Under the pieces are notes generated by a model. It made no database searches. It was not told the origin of the DNA and saw only the letters and a list, made by a program, of their open reading frames with translations. This document shows positions 1-5,397 of a stretch of 5,706 nt of DNA, one piece after another (positions within the stretch are counted from its first letter, which is position 1; each line of letters begins with the position of its first letter). Source of the DNA: Candidatus Vampirococcus lugosii (GTDB lineage Bacteria > Patescibacteriota > Gracilibacteria > Absconditabacterales > Absconditicoccaceae). The position numbers were made by a program, and so were the translations under genes. The stretch lies in the NCBI RefSeq assembly GCF_018420025.1, contig NZ_JAEDAM010000070.1:1-5706 (forward strand), written 5' to 3'.

Positions 1-94
1 CTAATCTAAATCTTAAACATTGTAATCTTTTTAATGATTTTCAGCTTTTTTCAGTTTTTTCTCTTAACTCTATTTCTTTTATTTTTTCTATCAT
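1..94 (-). CDS. Possible 5' end of a divergently transcribed hypothetical gene (partial, runs off the window start)
   Basis: A reverse-strand ATG (complement of 94-92) opens a frame with no TAA/TAG down to position 2. It spans 31 codons, with one TGA read as Gly: MIEKIKEIELREKTEKSGKSLKRLQCLRFRL. No family is recognisable. It is short and AT-rich, so it may be chance. Confidence 0.3.
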
Positions 95-162
95 AATATT
101 TTCATTATTTATAAATATAAATATTATAACTATTCTTACTAAAAAAGCAAAATATTTTTAGT

Positions 163-401
163 ATAATACAAAACAAAGATTGTCAGAAGTTATGAAGCAA
201 GTATGAAAAATACCAGAATCATTAAAAGAATTTGCAGAAAATATGAGACAAAACACAAATCCAAAAACAGTATTATTAACAGCAATAATTTTTTCATTAT
301 GAAGTGGAGTAGTAAATGCAAGTAAAAGTGGTCAAGATATATTGGATCAAGCTATATCTTCATGAGATTCAGAATGATTTGTAGTGCAAATGTTTGAAAA
401 T
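163..401 (+). repeat. Left copy of a 239-bp direct repeat (partner 5468-5706, offset 5305 bp)
   Basis: Base-by-base comparison gives 5 mismatches in 239 bp, at 210/5515, 275/5580, 323/5628, 324/5629 and 386/5691. Homology starts sharply at 163/5468. Its right-hand limit is set only by the window end. Confidence 0.95.
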
Positions 402-575
402 AAAGATTATAAAGAATTGAAACAATTGGCAAGTATATTATGATTAGATCCAAATTTGATAAGAGATTGTCAGCAGTATGAGAATCTCTTGGATGAGATG
501 AATTGTAATGTTGACAAAACAGACAAAAAAATAAAATGATTATATGAGTATCTGAAAAAAGACAAGAAAGATTAA
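192..575 (+). CDS. Small hypothetical protein, copy 1 (127 aa from ATG 192), with one hydrophobic segment and a charged C-terminal half
   Basis: Table-25 translation, with TGA = G at 204, 300, 363, 375, 441 and 537: MKQVGKIPESLKEFAENMRQNTNPKTVLLTAIIFSLGSGVVNASKSGQDILDQAISSGDSEGFVVQMFENKDYKELKQLASILGLDPNLIRDCQQYENLLDEMNCNVDKTDKKIKGLYEYLKKDKKD, stop TAA 573-575. An in-frame TAG at 159-161 limits the 5' end; TTG 180 is an alternative start. The frame is supported by the paralog at 5398+, where 3 of the 5 nucleotide differences are synonymous in this frame. TVLLTAIIFSLGSGVV may be a membrane anchor. Confidence 0.65.
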
Positions 576-667
576 GAGCAGAAAGAGAACAGTTAGGCAA
601 CATCTAATTTTTGTTTTACTGAAATATCATCTTGAATACTGAAAATCAGCGAAACCAAAAACTTTTT

Positions 668-688
668 TTGCCCTATTCGGGCAATTTT
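668..688 (+). terminator. Candidate intrinsic terminator hairpin downstream of small-protein copy 1
   Basis: Stem TTGCCC (668-673), loop TATTC, stem GGGCAA (679-684), then TTTT (685-688). It sits in the only GC-enriched island of the intergenic region. Caveat: the aaRS-like reading frame is stop-free through this point, so the stretch could instead be coding. Confidence 0.3.
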
Positions 689-805
689 GGGGGGAGAAAA
701 AGGAATAAGGAAAAATGATTTTTAGAAAAAGTTGAATTTAAAACAAAAATTAGTATAAAATCAATAGTTTTATTTTTTAATTTTAAGAACATTGTTTACA
801 AAGCT

Positions 806-1921
806 TTGAATAATTGAGAGGTTGAGTATGTTTGAAATAACATAAACAAATCTCAAAAAATTAATTTTAAAGAAGTTGAAACTTCTTTACTTGAAAACAG
901 AGTTTCAAGAGTTAAAAATGAAAAAATGTTTTTGCATATTGCAAATATAGACAATACTATATTTCAAGCAACTGTAGAATATTTTGTTAAATTATGAGTA
1001 AAATGGACTAATTTACCACTTACAACTCTTATGATATCTTCTCCATGAGAAGTATATGCATGACAAAAATTAGATTATACAACAGATACTTTACCAATTG
1101 AACTTCCAAATTGGTTTTGAAATGATAGAAGAATATTTTTATCTGAAAGTTCTCAATTTTACTTAGAGTTACAATTACTTATAAAATGATTAGATCAAGT
1201 TTTTAGTATCTATAATTCTTTTAGAAAAGAAAAATCTGATGCAACACATTTATCTGAATTTCAACATATAGAGTATGAATGAAAAGTTGATTCAGAATGA
1301 AATATAGAAGTTTTTATGTGATTATTTGAAAATATTTTCAATTTTTTAGTAAAAAATAACAGAGAGGATTTACTATTTTTCTTATCAGAAGAAGAACTAA
1401 AAAATAAAATTGATTTAGTAAATAAATGATCTACAAGAATTTGATTTAGAGAAGCTTTAAATTTACTTTACAAGGAAACTTGAGATGAAAAATATAAAGA
1501 CTTTAGTTTAAAAAACTTTTGAACTTGGGAGGAAGTAAAATTAACAGAAATATTAAAAAGTAATGTAATTGTTGAAAAATTTCCAATGTTACAAATTCCT
1601 TTTTATCATGCTATAGCAAAAGAAGAAATTGATTGAGTTCCAGTTGCAAAAAATGCAGATTTTATACTTTATTGATTTAGAGAAACTATTTGAGCTTGAG
1701 AGAGAATAAAAGATAAAAATGTTTTACTAAAAAAAGCTGAAATATTTAATCTTCCAGAAAATGATTATTTGCCATATTTACAAACAAGAGATTTTTGAGA
1801 TTATGAAGTAACTAGTTGATTTTGAATGTGATGGCAAAGACTTACTCAATGGATTACAAACCAACCATATATCTATGAAGCAACTGTTTTTCCAAGAACT
1901 CATTTAGTTCCTAATCCTTAA
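806..1921 (+). CDS. Class IIb aminoacyl-tRNA-synthetase-like protein, AsnRS/AspRS-type catalytic core (start unresolved; the frame is open from 608; candidate starts are TTG 611/632/668/806 and ATG 926)
   Basis: Table-25 translation shows motif 2, FRKEKSDATHLSEFQHIEYE (1220-1279). It also shows ADFILYGFRETIGAGERI (compare AsnRS GEIIGGSQRE), then LPENDYLPYLQTRDFGDYEVT, which is collinear with the AsnRS-specific region. Motif 3 is SGFGMGWQR (1814-1840), with all three Gly encoded by TGA. The C-terminal FPR is typical of AsnRS/AspRS. Stop is TAA 1919-1921. The motif-1 region is FLHIANIDNTIFQATVEYFVKLGVKWTNLPLTT. Confidence 0.88.
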
Positions 1922-1956
1922 AAAGTAAAATTATTTTATTTATTAATTATAATATT

Positions 1957-2799
1957 ATGAAAAAAGATATTCTTACCAGTTTCTTTGATAAGTATTCAAA
2001 AAATGTTGATAATGCGGATAGTTTAGGTTTTTGGAAACTGTCAGATGCGATTATTGAAAGTATTATACAGAAACATATTGATAAATTGTATGATTGAAAA
2101 GAATTTATGATATTGGATGCATGATGTTGAACAGGAAGATGGATCAAGAAAATTATAAATAAAAATAAATGAAAAAAAATTAAGTTTATTGCTTATGATT
2201 TATTTGATAGTATGTTAAATAAAGCAAAAGAAAATTTACAATGATATGATAATGTTAAATTTATAAAATGAGATTTACAAGATATAAATTTAATTGAGGA
2301 TAATTCAATTGATTTGTGTATTAGTATTTATAGTCCTATAAGCTTTGTTGATAACTCAAGTTTAGTTATTTGACAAATTAAAAAAATTTTAAAAATTAAT
2401 TGAGAAGCTTTAATTATGTGACATGCTTTTCATAATGCTATTGATTCAAAAATCAATAATTATATGGCTGATAAAGAAGAATTGTCTAAATTAAATAATG
2501 AACAACTTGTAAAATGGAATGATATGTTACCTTATTTAAATACATATAGTATTGAAACTTTTGAAGAACTATGAAAGCAAAATTGATTAAATTGTGTATG
2601 ATGATATTGAGTTACTATATATTTAAAACCACAAAATGAAGATTGGGATCCTAATAATTCTCAAAAGAGTAAAATATCTTTGAAACTAGAAGAAGATAAA
2701 GATTTTTTTAACGAAATATATAGTTTAGAAATGGAAAATAATTCTAATAAAACTCTTGTAAATAGAGGTTTAAATATTTTAGCTTTTTATAAGAAATAA
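1957..2799 (+). CDS. Class I SAM-dependent methyltransferase (280 aa)
   Basis: ATG 1957, stop TAA 2797-2799. Motif I is ILDAGCGTG (2110-2136), with Gly codons TGA at 2122 and 2128. The post-I acidic residue lies in FIAYDLFD, followed by FIKGDLQDI, DLCISIYSPISF and LKINGEALIMG. I count 14 in-frame TGA codons against 3 GGN codons. The start is only 35 nt after the upstream stop. Confidence 0.9.
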
Positions 2800-2865
2800 A
2801 ATATTATAAATTTAATTATTAATATATAAAATATAAATGATACTAACAATGGTATAAAAAAAACA

Positions 2866-3726
2866 ATGGAATGCAATGATACTTCTTCAAATAAATCACA
2901 ATCTTATAAAGACTTGATGCAAAAAAAATTGCATAAAGTATTGTCTTTGTGAGAGATGTGAGAAGATGTTATTGATTATTTATCTTGACTTGATGAAGAG
3001 TCTTTATATGTTTTTCTATCTACAATCTTTTGAAGAAGAGTTCAAAACACTAGTTTAAAAGATGTAATGAGACAACGACAAAATTCAAGATTTTGTAGGC
3101 CAAAAGAAGAAAATGTTCATAAAAAAATATTAATAGAACAAACTATTTCACAAAATATGGACGATGATATGGAATTAGTAGAACTTTCTCCTTTAAATCC
3201 TCTGTGATTAAATACATTTCTTTCTGGCATTAGTCCTAATAGATGATTGTCCAGCATAAAATGACATGATGTCATGTCAGATGGTGCTTCTGTGATAGCT
3301 CTTCTTGGAGCAGAAAAAAGAAAAGAATTGTTTGGGGCACAAACAAAAGAAAAAATAAATCAAAAAGTATCATTATGTTCAAATAATGTATTAGTTAGGA
3401 ATCAAATTATGTATATTAATTGAAAAGTATGTAGTCCATTTCTCAGAGTTTGTCAAAATGGTGTATTTTGAAGGAAGTGAAATAGTGTGTCCTTTTTTTC
3501 TGAAGCAACAATAGAAGTGCTTGAATTATATTTAAAAACATTGATGAGTTTGAAAGAAAATGGTTATATAAACATGAGATATATAGATATATATTTGTCT
3601 GATATGAGAATTACTAGAAAATTATTTGAATCACATGTTGAATGTAATGATATTGATTTAGAATTACAGAAATTCAGAGAGTATCAATTAAAGCATCCAA
3701 TTGAAAATAACGGCAGTCAACTATAA
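2866..3726 (+). CDS. Hypothetical protein, upstream segment (286 aa) of a frame interrupted by TAA; possibly a divergent class IIa (HisRS/HisZ-like) fold
   Basis: ATG 2866 is the first in-frame ATG after the upstream gene. The table-25 frame is continuous to TAA 3724-3726: MECNDTSSNKSQSYKDLMQKK...ELVELSPLNPLGLNTFLSGISPNRGLSSIKGHDVMSDGASVIALLGAEKRKELFGAQ...HPIENNGSQL. The standard-code ORF 3487-3726 in the track is just the tail of this frame. Confidence 0.75.
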
Positions 3727-4089
3727 TTATTTGAATTTTTAGGTATTGATATCTCTCCATATGTTTGGGATCTTTCTAAGATTAATATTGATTTTGTTGA
3801 AACATATAATTTACACAATAATATAAATGATTTGAGAAAAATATATGAACGTTTAATCTATATAGAAAAAAAATATGAACAATTATGATTAAAATTTAAA
3901 TTTAATTTAGGAAGAACTACTTGAATATGACAATATAATTCTTTTACATTTAATTGAATATCATGAAGTGAAGTGGATTTTATGAATTGAGGATATTGTC
4001 CTGAATGGGCTAGCAAACTGACAACTCAAAATAAAGAAAAGGCATTTTTTTCTACACTATCTACTGATTTTATTGCTAATTATTTTTAA
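3727..4089 (+). CDS. Downstream segment (120 codons) in the same frame as 2866-3726, with no ATG/GTG near its 5' end; probably the C-terminal part of the same protein (split gene, pseudogene, readthrough or sequence error)
   Basis: The same frame continues directly after the TAA with no TAA/TAG until TAA 4087-4089. The other two frames of this interval contain stops. Translation: LFEFLGIDISPYVWDLSKINIDFVETYNLHNNINDLRKIYERLIYIEKKYEQLGLKFKFNLGRTTGIGQYNSFTFNGISGSEVDFMNGGYCPEWASKLTTQNKEKAFFSTLSTDFIANYF. The first canonical in-frame start is TTG 3832; the first ATG is 3982. Confidence 0.6.
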
Positions 4090-4151
4090 TCTAAAAATTC
4101 TTCATAGCTTGCAGTGGTATTATTTATTATTTAATTACCTTATTTAATAAT

Positions 4152-5168
4152 ATGAATTTAATAATTCCAAAAAAACTTGAAAGATGAGATACTATATGAA
4201 TTATATCTCCTTCAGCTTGATTGTGTCCTATATTTCCACATAGAGTTGATAATTGAATTAATATGCTTAAAAAATTATGATTTAATGTAAAATTTGCTTC
4301 TAATTCTAAGAATAATGATTGATATGTTTCTTGAACAGTTCAACAAAGAGTAGATGATATACATGAAATGTTTTTAGATAAAAATGTGAAGGCGATAATA
4401 TGTACAGTTTGATGAAATCATAGCAATCAATTATTAAAAAAAATTGACTATGAAATAATTAAAAATAATCCTAAAGTGTTTGTTTGATATTCTGATATAA
4501 CTGTTTTACACTATGCATTTTATAATAAAGCTAAATTACAAACTTATTATTGACCCTGCTTAATAACAGAATTTTGAGAGTATCCAGAAATGTTTGAGTA
4601 TTCAAGAAAATATTTTTTAAAAACCTTAACAGAGTGAGGAAAAATAAGTATTGACAAAATTAATTATTATACAGATGAGTTATTAAATTGGCTTAATAAA
4701 GAAGATTTAAAAAGACAAAGAAAGGTGTATAATATAGATTGATTTAAATGGATAAGAAGGGGTTATGTAAAATCAAAAATTATTTGATGATGTGTTCCCA
4801 GTGTTAATCATTTAATATGAACTGAATATTGGATAGATCCAGAAGATAAAGTTTATTTTATAGATTTACCTGAATGAAGTGAAATTTGAAAATGAATATC
4901 AATATCTAATTTAGATTCATATTTAACTGATTTAGATAATATAAATTTATTTGATAAAATATCTTGATTAATAGTTAGTGTGCCTTACTGATATGATGAT
5001 AATGAAAAAGAAAAACTGTATGAACTTATTAAAAAATTTGTTAATAAAAAAGATTATCCAGTTTTACTAAATTTCCCTATTTGACATACAGAACCTATGA
5101 TAACATTGCCTTTGATGTCTGAGATTGAGTTTGATTCAAACACAGAACAATTAATTATTTATAATTAA
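4152..5168 (+). CDS. Peptidase S66 family serine hydrolase (LD-carboxypeptidase / microcin C7 immunity MccF family), 338 aa
   Basis: ATG 4152, stop TAA 5166-5168. Family signatures under table 25 are GDTIGIISPSAG (4185-4220), GYVSGT, TVGGNHSNQLL (4410-4430) and VGYSDITVLH, which carries the nucleophile Ser codon at 4491-4493. FIDLPEG holds a candidate catalytic Glu, and PIGHTEP has the His codon at 5085-5087. Several of these Gly residues are TGA-encoded. Confidence 0.92.
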
Positions 5169-5307
5169 TATATTGAAATATTGAAAATAAATTTTAACCT
5201 AATTTTTTATAAAAACGCTATCTTTTCTTGAACATAAAGAATAAAACTCATTTTCTTTTGTCTTTTTCCAAACTCCCTCACCCAATTCTAAAAACCATTC
5301 CAAATAT

Positions 5308-5363
5308 TTGACAAAAAATAAAAAACAAATATACTTGACATAAAGAAATAAATGATTAATAAT
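5308..5363 (+). promoter_or_regulatory. Two overlapping sigma70-like promoter candidates upstream of small-protein copy 2
   Basis: TTGACA (5308-5313), 16 nt, TATACT (5330-5335); and TTGACA (5335-5340), 17 nt, AATAAT (5358-5363). These lie 35-60 nt upstream of ATG 5398. Perfect -35 hexamers are notable, but AT-rich DNA produces -10-like hexamers readily. Confidence 0.3.
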
Positions 5364-5397
5364 AAAAAATATTTAATTTCTTAAAAATCAAAAAATT

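Noticed and set aside
352-603. Standard-code ORF on the minus strand (83 aa) from the supplied track
   Set aside because: It lies antisense to a table-25 + strand frame that is supported by a conserved paralog with mostly synonymous differences. The predicted peptide is low-complexity with no motif. It is an artefact of avoiding TGA on the opposite strand.
732-759. Sigma70-like promoter TTGAAT-16 nt-TATAAA upstream of the aaRS-like gene
   Set aside because: AT-rich DNA generates such hexamers by chance, and stop-codon distribution suggests this stretch may already be coding in the aaRS-like frame. It is not supportable as a feature.
1947-2147. Standard-code ORF on the minus strand (66 aa) from the supplied track
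   Set aside because: It overlaps, in antisense, the 5' part of the methyltransferase gene, including its unmistakable motif I on the + strand.
715-2857. Mini-ORFs as candidate microcin-C-like precursor peptides: MIFRKSGI (715-741), MFEIT (828-845) and MILTMV (2837-2857), plus MINNKKYLIS (5352-5384), which lies outside this span
   Set aside because: Known MccA-type precursors end in Asn (or Asp), which becomes the aminoacyl-nucleotide warhead, and none of these do. No ThiF/MccB-type adenylyltransferase is present. Such short ORFs arise easily by chance.
5236-5258. Possible terminator hairpin after the S66 gene (AAAGAA, 11-nt loop, TTCTTT, followed by a T-rich tract), and the adjacent TATTGAAA x2 tandem at 5171-5186
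   Set aside because: The stem is 6 bp with five A:T pairs and a single G:C pair and has a large loop, so it would be thermodynamically weak. The 8-bp tandem is within chance expectation for this composition.
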